64,000 bases of DNA from Candidatus Binatia bacterium (GTDB lineage: Bacteria; Desulfobacterota; Binatia; UBA9968; CAXXLF01), in NCBI GenBank assembly GCA_963664015.2, contig CAXXLF010000002.1:1504001-1568000 (forward strand). The letters are read 5' to 3'. Positions within the stretch are counted from its first letter, which is position 1. Every line of letters starts with the position of its first letter. The translations under genes and the position numbers were made by a program. This document shows, piece by piece, positions 30,365 to 41,141 of the stretch. The notes beneath the pieces are model-generated. The model worked only from the letters and a program-made list of their open reading frames with translations, ran no database searches and had not been told where the DNA came from.

Positions 30365-31537
30365 TCAAGGCACCGATTTGAAGGTTTTCTCCACCGCAGC
30401 TTGCATGAGTTCCGCCTGCCAGCGCAATAGGCCCCCACTCGTCATAATCTCATCGAGGGTCCGGGGCCGGCTCACGGCTATGGCCTCGAGGGCGGCTCTG
30501 GGTGCCAGAGTCGACGGAGCAATCTCCAGTTCCTTGGCGATCTTGGCACACTCGCCGCGCAGCGCGTTAATCTGCTCCTGGCAGTCGATGCGTGGCGTGT
30601 TAGAGCGCACGTGGCTTGTACGTTCCGGCCACTCCGTCGGCTTCAGGCCGGCTGCTCGAATGATCGCCTCCTCGAGCGTCCCTAGCCACGAGCCGACGAT
30701 ATTGCGCGGCAATTTAGGTCCTTGGTCCAAGGTCGCGGCGGGATGAGACTCTGCCCATTGGAGCAAGTCCAGTATTTGCTGGTTTCCAAAGACCTTAAAG
30801 GGCGGCCGGTTGGTGCGCCGGGCGTGCATGTCGCGCCAGAGCCAGATTTCCCTCAGATAGGCCAGTTGGCGACGGGTCAGCCTCCCGGCTCCTTTGATTC
30901 GCCAGGCTTCCTCGGGATCGCGTGAATTTTCACGCTCGGTGGAATCCACCATCGCGCGGCAACTTTCCCTATGCCAATCGACCCGCCCCCGCTGGTGCAG
31001 CTCCTCGTGCAGGCGTTCGGCGAGCTGCTCGAGGAAACGCGTGTCGTTGACCGCGTAGTGCAGCTGTTCTTCGCTAAGCGGTCGGCGCGACCAGTCCGAC
31101 TTCTGTGATCCCTTTCCAATCGTAAACTCCAAGAATCTTTCGATGAGGGCCGCCAGCCCGATCTGTTCGATACCGAGTAATTGCGCCGCTATCATAGTGT
31201 CGAAGATTTCACGGCGCGGCCTGAAGCCCATCCAGGTACGCATCATGCGCAGGTCATAGTCGCCACCGTGCACGATCAGCGGCTTCTCGGCCAGCGCCTC
31301 GACAAAAACCGTCAGGTCCAATCCGGCAAGCGGGTCGACAAGAAAATGCTCCCCTCCTAGGGAGAGCTGGAGCAAACAGACCTTTTCAAAATAGTTATGC
31401 AAACTGTCGGCCTCGGTATCCACCGCTGCCCTTCCGTCCCCCTTGATGCAACCGATCAGCCTTTCCAGCGCGGCGGGTCCTTGGACGTAGATGTAATCCT
31501 CCGACTCCGGCGTACACAACGAATCAATCTCCTTCAT
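30365..31537 (-). CDS. rnd: Ribonuclease D (DEDDy exonuclease plus HRDC)
   Basis: AVDTEADS, HGGDYD, FDTMIAA, SDWSRRPL...YAVND and WRD..AR..NRPPFKV motifs. Confidence 0.9.
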   Translation of the reverse strand: MKEIDSLCTPESEDYIYVQGPAALERLIGCIKGDGRAAVDTEADSLHNYFEKVCLLQLSLGGEHFLVDPLAGLDLTVFVEALAEKPLIVHGGDYDLRMMRTWMGFRPRREIFDTMIAAQLLGIEQIGLAALIERFLEFTIGKGSQKSDWSRRPLSEEQLHYAVNDTRFLEQLAERLHEELHQRGRVDWHRESCRAMVDSTERENSRDPEEAWRIKGAGRLTRRQLAYLREIWLWRDMHARRTNRPPFKVFGNQQILDLLQWAESHPAATLDQGPKLPRNIVGSWLGTLEEAIIRAAGLKPTEWPERTSHVRSNTPRIDCQEQINALRGECAKIAKELEIAPSTLAPRAALEAIAVSRPRTLDEIMTSGGLLRWQAELMQAAVEKTFKSVP

Positions 31538-31762
31538 CAAACTTGAGCCCCTTAGTTTGAACCCTTGGACCCCGAGACCCAAGACCTTAGTGTCTATCTG
31601 TGTGAGGCCTCTCCCGAAGCCAACCACGGTATTTTATTATCATGTGGTCAGGGGCAGGTCTATGGATTTCAGCAGCAAGTCAATGACTACGGGCTACTGA
31701 CGACAGGACTACAAAGATAAGCCCATAGCGATTCGAGAACAGATATGAATGAGAACTTCAGC

Positions 31763-33334
31763 CTAAGATCTGGCAGTGGTCCCTTGTACCGCCGCTTCGG
31801 CGAGGGCGGCTTCCCTACCAGCGATACGACCAAAAACACAGCACCTCGGCAAGCCGTGCAAGGCGAATCCGCCTGCCGACTCTCCGGCGCAGTACAGTCC
31901 CGGTATGGCCGCTCCCTTCATGTCTATCACCTGGCACTTGGTGTTAACTCTCAGTCCGGCCAAAGAATCGTGGAGTATAGGCGTAGACCATGCCGCGTAG
32001 AAGGGCGGCGTCTGGAGCTTAAACAGGGGAGTCGATTTCCCAAACTCCGGGTCCGCTCCCATGTCCGCGTACGAATTGTACTTTGCTACCGTTTCCTCCA
32101 GTGCACGCGCCGGCACGGGTTGTTTCTGGTGAGGGTTGACGATCCTGTGGGCCAACTCGGTGATCGTGTTGGCAGCGAAGAACCATCCGTTGGGATCCAC
32201 GTTTGGCGGTGTAGGCTCCCATCCCTCTCGATTGACGGCTTCTGCGTCAAAGATCGCCCATATGGGTCCGCCCCCGTTGGTTTCACTCCCATTCAGTCCC
32301 AGGGCCGCGTTTATGAAGTCATATGTATTATCGAGCTCGTCCCAGAATCTCAGGCCCTGCTGGTTGACGAGGATTACGTTATGCCAATCCTTTACGGTAA
32401 GGCCGGAAGCACCGGCGAGATGGAACGTGGGGCTGTCCGGTCTCCACTTCAGGCTGACATAACCGTAACGGCACCCGATGTGCTGCGTTTTTGAAACCGC
32501 TCGGCCGCCCTCTGTAGTCTGGTTCGCGGTCCCCCACAAGGATGCCCCGATGGCCATGGCCAGGATCTCCGAGTCACCGTTTTGGTTGGACCAGGGTTCA
32601 CCTGCGGTCTGGTACTCATCGGTCAACCGCGGGTCAAACATTCTACGAAATTCCACATTGCTGGTGTGACCGCCTGTGGCGAGAATGACGCCTCGTCTTG
32701 CCTGGATGTTCACGTCTTTTCCCTCGGACACAGCTTTGATTCCAAGCACTCTTCCCGAGAACGGGCTTGTTCTGATAATGCTCGTCATCTTGTGGCCCAG
32801 CAGAAACCGCACCCCCTTTGCCCTGGCACTGGCCTCCAAATGCCTGACGAGGCCGGAGCCATTCCGTGCATTGATGGTTTCGTTGATGTTATCTGAAAAC
32901 CGCCGGATGACCGCGAGTCGGGGAACAGTCTCGTCCGGCGCGACGATCGGGGGATTATCCATAAACTTGACGCCGTTTTCGACCAGGAACTCAAACGTCG
33001 GTACATTTTCTTCCGCCCAGACGCTTACCAGGTCTCTATCACTGTACTTGGCCTGGCGGCTGAGGAATGTCGTATGGTCCAGGAATACCTGGTCTACGGA
33101 ATCCTCGATCCCGTATTTCTTTTGAAAACTCGTCCCACCGCCAAGGGGAAGTCTCCCACCGCTCAGCATGGCGTGGCCGCCAATGTCGTGATTTTCCTCG
33201 ATAGCGATCACGGTGGCCCCGAGATCGCATGCCATAACGGCGGCGGGAAGCCCCGCTGCCCCTGTCCCAACAACAACGACATCCGCTGCATAGTCCCAAT
33301 CCACCTTGGTGGTGTCCGAATCATTCTGGTTCAT
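31763..33334 (-). CDS. FAD_binding_2 flavoprotein (flavocytochrome c/KstD-like)
   Basis: VVVGTGAAG, VILATGG and IPGLYCAGESAGG motifs. Confidence 0.85.
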   Translation of the reverse strand: MNQNDSDTTKVDWDYAADVVVVGTGAAGLPAAVMACDLGATVIAIEENHDIGGHAMLSGGRLPLGGGTSFQKKYGIEDSVDQVFLDHTTFLSRQAKYSDRDLVSVWAEENVPTFEFLVENGVKFMDNPPIVAPDETVPRLAVIRRFSDNINETINARNGSGLVRHLEASARAKGVRFLLGHKMTSIIRTSPFSGRVLGIKAVSEGKDVNIQARRGVILATGGHTSNVEFRRMFDPRLTDEYQTAGEPWSNQNGDSEILAMAIGASLWGTANQTTEGGRAVSKTQHIGCRYGYVSLKWRPDSPTFHLAGASGLTVKDWHNVILVNQQGLRFWDELDNTYDFINAALGLNGSETNGGGPIWAIFDAEAVNREGWEPTPPNVDPNGWFFAANTITELAHRIVNPHQKQPVPARALEETVAKYNSYADMGADPEFGKSTPLFKLQTPPFYAAWSTPILHDSLAGLRVNTKCQVIDMKGAAIPGLYCAGESAGGFALHGLPRCCVFGRIAGREAALAEAAVQGTTARS

Positions 33335-33399
33335 TAGTTCCCCCCAACCTAGAAGGAAAATATTCGACAACCACCTCTAATGTCAACTCCGGCATGGGT

Positions 33400-33620
33400 G
33401 AGGGGCAAATCGATTAGATGGGACTATTAACTACGGGACTACGGGGAAAAGAGGAACAGTAGGCAGTAAGGAGAAAGCTATCAGCCAAAGAAGAGAAAAA
33501 GCCAGGGAGCATTAGGCAGCAAATCAAGGACTACGGACTGCCTGACCACAAACTCACAAAGCAAAGGGCAGAGCGCATAGCGATAAGGACACCGGACCAA
33601 GACTACTGACTAACCTAAAT
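33400..33620 (+). repeat. Purine-rich mosaic linker
   Basis: GGACTACGG, AGTAGGCAG, GCTATCAGCC and GCAGAGCGCATAG words. Confidence 0.75.
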
Positions 33621-33764
33621 TTCGAACAGCCTGAAAAGAAGGCAGGTTTAGGCTCCAGAATAACCATTTTCATAACAAAAACACGAGGCTAAGAAGGCAG
33701 ATCGGTGCGTTGACGGCAATAGGGCAAAATGTTAGCGTGGCCCTTCTTTTGGGAGGTGTCCGCG

Positions 33765-34814
33765 ATGGCAATTATCGATGCTGACGCTCACGTCATTGAG
33801 ACTGACCGCACCTGGGAACATTTCGACGAAGCCGACCTAAAATACAAACCCTTCAGAGTAACAGAGCCCAACGATCCCACCAAAGAATACTGGGTCATAG
33901 ACGGCAAGATCCGCGACCGGCGCGGGAATACCGGAAAAGATACCTCTCGCGCGTCACAGGAGATGCTGGACATCCCGGCTCGACTTCGCGATATGGACAA
34001 ATACGGCACGGATATTCAAGTGCTGTACCCGTCACTCTGGACGAGTCTGACTTTCAGCAGCCCCCAAATGGAGCGGGCCATTTGCAAAAGCTACAACCGC
34101 TGGATGGCCGATGTCTGGCGCGAGGGCCAGGGCCGATTACGCTGGATTGCGGTGTTGCCCGCTATGAGTATCGACCATGCGATCGACGAAATGGGCTTTG
34201 TCAAGGAAAACGGTGCCTGTGGAGTCACTATGCGCGGGTTTGAAGGAGAGTACCATGCAACGGACCCGCATTTCTTCCCCTTGTACCAGGAGGCGAGTAA
34301 TTTAAATCTTCCCATATGCTTCCATGCTGGTATCGGCAACGCGGAAATAGACGAATTCTTGACTCGGGCGGCTGGCGGGGGCAACTTCCTCCGATTCAAG
34401 TGGCCGGTGTTGGGTGCCTTTCATTCACTGATTATCGGTCGCGTCCCGAGCAAATTTCCCGACCTTCGCTGGGGCTTCATCGAGGTTAGCAGTCAGTGGC
34501 TGCCCTACGTGATCGGTGACATCGCTCGCCGCCTCGCCTGGCGCCAGAGCCGGTACGACGACGACCGGCCGACGGGCGATCTGCTGAAAGAAAACCGGTT
34601 CTACGTCGCTTGCCAAACCAACGACGACATCCCCTATGTATTGCAGTACGCAGGTGGTGAGGACAACTTGGTCATCGGCACCGACTATGGACACGCGGAT
34701 ACCACTAGCGAGCTGACGGCCATCAGGAGGTTCAAGGAAAACTCCAGTTTGCCCCCGGTAATCGTTCAGAAGATCGTCGACGTCAATGCTCGGGCTCTCT
34801 ACGGTCTCGATTAG
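33765..34814 (+). CDS. Amidohydrolase_2 family protein
   Basis: IIDADAHVIE, QVLYPS, YNRW, CFHAG and GTDYGHAD motifs. Confidence 0.9.
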   Translation: MAIIDADAHVIETDRTWEHFDEADLKYKPFRVTEPNDPTKEYWVIDGKIRDRRGNTGKDTSRASQEMLDIPARLRDMDKYGTDIQVLYPSLWTSLTFSSPQMERAICKSYNRWMADVWREGQGRLRWIAVLPAMSIDHAIDEMGFVKENGACGVTMRGFEGEYHATDPHFFPLYQEASNLNLPICFHAGIGNAEIDEFLTRAAGGGNFLRFKWPVLGAFHSLIIGRVPSKFPDLRWGFIEVSSQWLPYVIGDIARRLAWRQSRYDDDRPTGDLLKENRFYVACQTNDDIPYVLQYAGGEDNLVIGTDYGHADTTSELTAIRRFKENSSLPPVIVQKIVDVNARALYGLD

Positions 34815-34974
34815 ACGATGTGTTTCGAAGATAGCTCCTTAACGGGGGAATCGTGGTAATGAACGTTCGATTAGTCTACGGACGGGGTAGGTCAGACATC
34901 AGGAACCGCCGGTCATCGACCACCGGGAATCCCCGTCGCAACGCTTGGCAAGAGCTGAGCGGATAGGAGGAACG

Positions 34975-36180
34975 ATGAAAAGGCAAACAAAGGTAATTTT
35001 CCTGATGGCCGCAATCGCGATACTGGTTGCGGTCTACGGCGGAACAGGGAACCTGGCCCCGCAGACGGCACGATCCCAGACATCTGCACCGGAGTCGTTT
35101 AAGGCCGAATGGACGAAGCTCATCAAGGCCGCATAGACGGAAGGAAAGATGCTCCATGTCCTGGGTGGCTCTGCAAGCAGGCAGTACCGCCCCATTATCA
35201 ATGCGTTCGACCAAAAAGTTTGGGATTAAGTCGATTGTGTCCACTGGCTCTGGAACCGACCAGGTAAACCGGCTTCTGGCGGAGAACGGCGCCGGTATTT
35301 ATGTCGCAGACGTGATCCAGATCGGCGACTCGGGAGCCCTGCGGCTAGTACCAGCCGGGGGACTTGCCCCACTGCGTCCACTTTTGATTCACCCTGATGT
35401 CCTCAACGGAAGAAACTGGTTTGGGGGCCAGCTGTTTTTCGCTGATTCGGCTACTAACCAATAAGTACTAAACCACGGCGCCTATGCTTCTCCGTTCACT
35501 CTCGCTATGCGTTACAACACCAATGTCGTGAGTCAGGCAGATATCGACGCTATAAATTCTGTGTATGACTACCTGGATCCCAAGTGGAAGGGCAAGCTGG
35601 TAGCCCTCACCCCGATCAGCGAGCAGGTGGCGGGTTACTACAGTCACATGGCTCACCCCAGACGTAGGCGAAGAGTGGGTTAGCCAGTGGTTCAACCCGG
35701 CACACGGAATGACCTTTACCGATAACTGCAAGCTCATTGTGGACGGGATGGCGAAGGGGAACTTCGCTTTCGGGGTCTCCATAGGCTCTTGCGGGCGGGA
35801 TCTGGACAGATTGATCCGACAAGGCGTGCCCGCCAAGCGGCTGTACAAACCGTTCAAGAAAGCCCCGGCGCTGTCCGGCGGTGCCGCTGGAAACAACATC
35901 CAATGCGCCAAGAACGCGCCTCACCCCAACGCCGCAAAGCTCTTTATCAATTGGTTCCTGAGCAAAGAAGGTCAGACCCTCAGCCACACGATTTCCAAGG
36001 ATAATCCGGACCCCAACTCTGCGAGAGGACGTTCCGTGTACCGGGAAGGTCGACCCGAACGAATGCCGCAAGCCCGGAGTAAAGCATCTCTACTTGACGG
36101 CCGATCCCCAGTTCGCGTCACACAAAAACGAATACATGGCAAAGGCACGGCGCATCTTTCGCATGCTCCAGAAACGTTGA
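34975..36180 (+). pseudogene. ABC substrate-binding protein with stops and frameshifts
   Basis: EWTKLIKAA*, LDPKWKGK and APHPNAAKLFINWFLSKEGQ motifs lie in different frames. Confidence 0.8.
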
Positions 36181-36304
36181 GCAGGCCCTAGCTTCAGCAG
36201 ACGGGCGTATTTTACATGTGCGAGAGCTCGATGCTCCACTGGGATCTCTTCTGTACGGCTTAAAAGCTGAGAGAAGACGGTAGAAACGACCCGGAGGAAC
36301 GCCC

Positions 36305-36627
36305 ATGCTGTTGGCACGGCCGCTTGCATCCATACTGCCCACCGAGTTAAAAACGCCAGGCGCTCCATTGTTCGTGATGGCGGCGATCTTGTTGACGGTC
36401 GGTATGTATCTGACCGTGCCGGTCCTCCTGCTGCCTCCCGTGGCACGATGGCACTCTCATTGCTTGCTCTGGAATTTGCTTCCCCAGCCATCAGCCAGTA
36501 CGAAGAGGCGAGTATCATTAGCCTGCTCATCATGGCCCTCACGGTGGGGTTGGCAGTGTTCGCCCGCGCGTTTGGTTTGCGTATGTCTGTTCAGCATCAG
36601 CAACTGGTCAACACGGTGAACCGATAG
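36305..36627 (+). pseudogene. FbpB-like ABC permease reduced to its two termini
   Basis: N-terminal FVMAAILLTVG and C-terminal RGTMALSLLALEFA...ARAFGLR match the two ends of 41142-42881. Confidence 0.8.
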
Positions 36628-36820
36628 GCAAAGGGCATGGGGCAAAGTGCGGAGGAAGTAGGCAGCAAGTCACGGACTACAGACTACGGACAACAGGGCC
36701 GCAAGACCAGGAGGCGAATCACTAAGGAAATAGTACAAAGCGTTAAGATGGGACAACTGACTATTGACGACAGGACTACGGACAGGCAGACACAGAGATA
36801 GGAATAGAGCAAGGAAAATC
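36628..36820 (+). repeat. Purine-rich mosaic linker
   Basis: CAAAGCGTTAAGATGGGACAAC (36736-36757) is identical to 42920-42941. AGTAGGCAGCAAGTCA is identical to 23612-23627. Confidence 0.8.
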
Positions 36821-36873
36821 CGGCACCGTAACAGGTGCATTCGAATGAAGAGAAATGCCGGAGGAACCATTCC

Positions 36874-38086
36874 ATGCTCCCGCAAAAGGACAATGAGATT
36901 CTCACCCAAACCGGCCCCGACACCCCCATGGGAGGCCTGTTCCGGCGTTACTGGCTCCCTGCCCGACTGTCCGCCGGTTCAGGTCAGGCTTCTGGGTGAG
37001 GAGCTCGTGGCCTTTCGTGATAGCCAGGGAAGAGTGGGTCTCTTAGACGAGCACTGCTCCCACCGAGGGACTTCCCTTTATTACGGCCGGAACGAGGAGT
37101 GCGGGCTGCGTTGCATCTATCATGGCTGGAAGTATGATATGGACGGGAATGTCCTGGAGACGCCAGCAGCGCCGTCAGGCAGCGATTTCAAAACGAAGAT
37201 CCACCACCGGACCTATCCATGCAGGGAGGAAGCCGGAATTGTTTTTGCTTACATGGGCCCCCTTGAGAAAAAGCCGTTGTTTCCATCGTACGAGTGGGTC
37301 GGCTTATCTGAGGATCAGGTCTTTGTAACCAAGGTTTTTCTGAAGTGTAACTATCTTCAAGGCCTCGAAGGAGACTGTGACTCATCCCATCTATCCTATT
37401 TGCACAAATCGTTTAAGGCAGGAACCAGGGAGTTTGAGAATGAAGCCTACGCAAACGACGGTGCGCCTAAATTAGAAGCCGTGGGGACGGACTTCGGAGT
37501 ACGGATGGTCTCGCTCAGAAAGTCGGGACCTAGCACCAATCTTTTTCGCGTTACCAATTTTGTCATGCCGTGCCAAGGATTCATACCAGGCGGAAGAGAG
37601 GGGCTGACCACCCACTATTACGTCCCCATAGACGATGCCCACGTCTGGAAATAGTACGTGATTATCAACCGGGACCGGCCTCTACGGAAGGAAGAGAGGA
37701 CCCTGGGGAATGACTTGGGTCCCGATTACAAGAAGCTCCGTAATCTCCACAACCATTACCTCCAGGACAGGGGAGCTCAGAGAACTCAAACCTTTATCGG
37801 CGCGGGGCCTTCTTTTTTCGTACACGATTCGTGCGCTACCGAGTCCATGGGCCCCATCTTTGATCGAAGCAGAGAGCATCTAGCGGTAAGCGACACGATG
37901 GTGATAACGGTGCGCAAATCCTTGATCACGGCCGTGACGTCTTTTCAGGACGGAAAAGAACTGCCACACATTGTCACGGATCCTACAAGAAACACCTTTC
38001 AGCACCTGGTCACAACCTCGGAGACATTACCGTCAACGGTTGCAGCTGATCAACAGCTTGATCTGCGCATGAACGAACAGCGATAA
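36874..38086 (+). pseudogene. Rieske oxygenase (LigX/phthalate dioxygenase-like) with 5' deletion-frameshift and internal stop
   Basis: TGPDTPMGGLFRRYWLP, CSHRG..CIYHG and EGDCDSSHLSYLH motifs. TAG at 37652. Confidence 0.85.
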
Positions 38087-38363
38087 GGGAACAGTTTCAA
38101 TCTGCTTTTGCCTGTTTAGAGCCTCTTCAACCCGACCCGCGCGCAAAGTGTGGGAGACAGGAGCTTGCGAGCCAGTGCTGAGTAACGAGCGCTGAGTACT
38201 GAAGGCCAGAGATCGTAGCCTGAGGCTGATCAGCCTTCGGCTGAAGCCGTCAGCTTTCAGCGAAGATGAAAGCAAAGCGGCAACAGCCAAACCAGCAGGG
38301 ATCAGGCACCGGGACAAGGCAACAGGTTGTCGGATTTTTTTCGTTTCTCGTAAGGATTCTCTT

Positions 38364-39248
38364 ATGGCTCAATCAGAACTCAAGCTCTCGCTTCCTGATC
38401 ACGGTGCAGCGTTTGCACCGATACACTATGCTGCTGATAAAGGTTTATTTCGGCAGCGGGGAGTCGATATAGAAGTGGTCATGTTGGAAGGCGGACCCGC
38501 ATGTGCGTCCGCCCTGTTATCCACGAAGGTCGATCTAACTTGCGCCCTGGGCCCGTTGATCAGAAGAGCTATGCGAGACGGGGCAACAGGATTCAAGGGC
38601 ATCTCAGGTTTAAGAAAAACAATCGGTTTCAGTATTGTAGGCAAACCAGGATTGACTTCAATCAACGATTTGCTGGGCAAGAGTATCGAATCGCCAAGTT
38701 CGGATTGGAGTGGTGGAACTTATTTCAAGCATGTGCTCCGAGAGCTCGGGGTGGAGGGTGGGATTCAAGCCAAGTTCAGCTATGTTACGCAGGAACAGAG
38801 GCTGGAAGGTCTGATCAAAGGAGAATTTGATGCCGGCCTACTATCAGCAGAAAAGGCCCTCATTGCTCAAGAGCACGGTTTCAAGATCCTCGTTGCTTTT
38901 GATAAGGTCATTCCGGAGGTTTGCAGTTCAGTCATTGCAACCACTCCGGACCTTATTCGGGAGCGAAGAGAAGACCTCAAAAAGATAATCCGGGCGGTTA
39001 TAAAAGGAATCCAGGAAATGCAAACCTCGAGAGAGGGGTGCGTTAAATATCTTGTTGAGAAGTTTTCGATGTCACCTGGAGCCGCGACATCTCTTTATAA
39101 TCTCAATTGCCCCAACTGGTCGACTGACCTTAGCGTTGCCTCTATCCAGAAGGAAATTGACATCAGTCACAGCGTGCACGGCATGCAATGGTTGCCGGCC
39201 GTGGATATCGTTGACTCATCTTTATTGCAAGAAGTTCTCAATTCATAG
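38364..39248 (+). CDS. NMT1/SsuA-like ABC substrate-binding protein
   Basis: PIHYAADKGLFRQRGVDIEV, DLLGKSI and GEFDAGLL motifs; no evident signal peptide. Confidence 0.8.
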   Translation: MAQSELKLSLPDHGAAFAPIHYAADKGLFRQRGVDIEVVMLEGGPACASALLSTKVDLTCALGPLIRRAMRDGATGFKGISGLRKTIGFSIVGKPGLTSINDLLGKSIESPSSDWSGGTYFKHVLRELGVEGGIQAKFSYVTQEQRLEGLIKGEFDAGLLSAEKALIAQEHGFKILVAFDKVIPEVCSSVIATTPDLIRERREDLKKIIRAVIKGIQEMQTSREGCVKYLVEKFSMSPGAATSLYNLNCPNWSTDLSVASIQKEIDISHSVHGMQWLPAVDIVDSSLLQEVLNS

Positions 39249-39558
39249 GCTACAAGTCTACAGGACGGCAGAGAAGAAAAGTGCAGAGCGTTAAGAGAAC
39301 TTAGCCGCAGATTTACGCAGACTAAACCCCGGCCGTTCACCACAGAGACGCAGAGGCCGCAGAGAATTCACTTTTTGTTTGTCGGGAGATGACGACAAAC
39401 AAGGGATACTTAATCGCGGACGATCAATCATTCGCGGCAACGGGCATAGAGCAAAGCGTTAAGAAAGTACGATTAACGACATTACTGCAAGACCACCAGT
39501 CGCAGGTTGGTTATTGCCTTTAGTAAAGAAGCCCTATTCTTTCCTCGGGTTGCTCTTG

Positions 39559-40773
39559 TTACCGCTGCAAGGCCTTCCACTGTTTGGTTAGCTCTCTCGT
39601 GAACTTCAGAGCCTTCGTTCGGACAGCCATAAAGTGCGGGTCGCTCTGCGGGTAGATGTAGTCGACTCCTTTATGAATCTTGGCCTCCGGCCGGAGCATG
39701 TCGTTGGGAATATCGAGCCGGAAGGACTGGCGCTGGCCGTACCCGTTGTGGATCGCCAGCTGCCCCTCGCGGGACAGCCACCAGTTGATGAACACCTTCC
39801 GGGCGTTTGGGTTCGGCGGGTTGGATATGAGCATGACCATGCTCGCGCTTCCGCCACCGGCGAGGATGTTCCCCTCCTTCATGGTGAACCGGTAGTCCAT
39901 GATCTCGATCGGCGCCCCTGCTTCTTTCATTTCGTACATATCATCGGTGGCACCGACGAAGATAGCGATCGCCTTTTTTCCGGTTATGACCCAGTCCTTT
40001 GCAGTTCTATTGTCATCGATCATGGCAATCCCGGTTTCCAGGAAGAGCCTCTTGATCCACTTGGGCCCAAGCTTCGGGTGCCCGTAGTACTCGGAGACGC
40101 TCCCAGCCTGGCCCTCTCTACCGAGATAGCCACTCACGATCTTACCGTGGTATTTGGGATCCAGCAGGTCCCACAGGGAGGTGATTTCCTTAGGGTTGAC
40201 CAGGTTCGTGTTCACCAGAAGCCCTGCGCCGCGAGGGCTTGCCGAGTGGAGGAATACATAACGGCGCGCATGGTCACCGTAGTGATGCCTGCCGTCCCAC
40301 CACAGGGATTGGTCCCTGACCTCGGGCAAGATTAAATCCCCGGCCATAGGGTCCAGCGCCCCCTGACTGAGAAGAACTTCACCGTTGGTTACCCCACCCA
40401 TGAAAGTATCAACACTGTTCACGCCGGCGCCCTTCTCGGCAAGAATGCGGTTGGCCTCCTGCCCGCCACGGGTGGCGCTGAGGGTGGCCTTAATGCCGAA
40501 CTTTTTCCCAAAAATAGGGAATATCTTCCGGAAGGAGCGGCCGATCTCCCCACCGCCAGCTACGGACAACTTTCCCTCTTTCTTCGCTCCGGCAACGGCC
40601 TCTTCCCACCTGCTCTTCCAGTCCCCTGTTCCCGTTGCCTGAGCTCGCACCGTTACCGCCGGCAGCATCAATAGGGCAACAAGACCCACCATCACCCAGA
40701 AGCGTCGTCCCACTTCCAGCCTGGCGGTTCTTTCTCTGGTCTCTCTGTGAATTACCATGTTCGCTCCCTCCAT
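39559..40773 (-). CDS. ABC substrate-binding protein
   Basis: Signal peptide, AKKEGKL, LLDPKYHGK and PPNPNARKVFINWWLSREGQ motifs. Confidence 0.88.
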   Translation of the reverse strand: MEGANMVIHRETRERTARLEVGRRFWVMVGLVALLMLPAVTVRAQATGTGDWKSRWEEAVAGAKKEGKLSVAGGGEIGRSFRKIFPIFGKKFGIKATLSATRGGQEANRILAEKGAGVNSVDTFMGGVTNGEVLLSQGALDPMAGDLILPEVRDQSLWWDGRHHYGDHARRYVFLHSASPRGAGLLVNTNLVNPKEITSLWDLLDPKYHGKIVSGYLGREGQAGSVSEYYGHPKLGPKWIKRLFLETGIAMIDDNRTAKDWVITGKKAIAIFVGATDDMYEMKEAGAPIEIMDYRFTMKEGNILAGGGSASMVMLISNPPNPNARKVFINWWLSREGQLAIHNGYGQRQSFRLDIPNDMLRPEAKIHKGVDYIYPQSDPHFMAVRTKALKFTRELTKQWKALQR

Positions 40774-41004
40774 TCCTCATGGATATTTTCTTGTTCGGAT
40801 AGCAGTCTCTCTTCCTGCCTCCATGCTGAAACTCAGATACGAAAGCGCGGCATATCAGGTTTGCCACAGCAACCGCCTCGTCTCCAAAATAATAATAGAA
40901 TACGATCGTTGCACGCAGCGTCCTTCCCTGTCCGGCTATTCCTGGCAAGGATATACCGCGGAGCGCCCATGTCAAGTCCCTGGGACGCCCGTGCTACACC
41001 GGGT

Positions 41005-41032
41005 TGACCAGAGCTACAGGGGTGCTAGAATC
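41005..41032 (+). promoter_or_regulatory. Sigma70-type promoter for permease; divergent -35 (TGTCAA) nearby
   Basis: TTGACC-16-TAGAAT with TGn extension. Confidence 0.55.
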
Positions 41033-41141
41033 GTGGCGTTTGATGAAGGGATCGATTGAGAGTTGAGATTGGCCCCCTTAATAGGGTCCGGATGTAGGGA
41101 CAAAGCGCAGCCGAACACATACCGGGCCGAGTCCATTACCC

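Noticed and set aside
36764-36873. N-terminal extension of ORF 36764-37654
   Set aside because: It is translated linker DNA; the real start is ATG 36874 in another frame.
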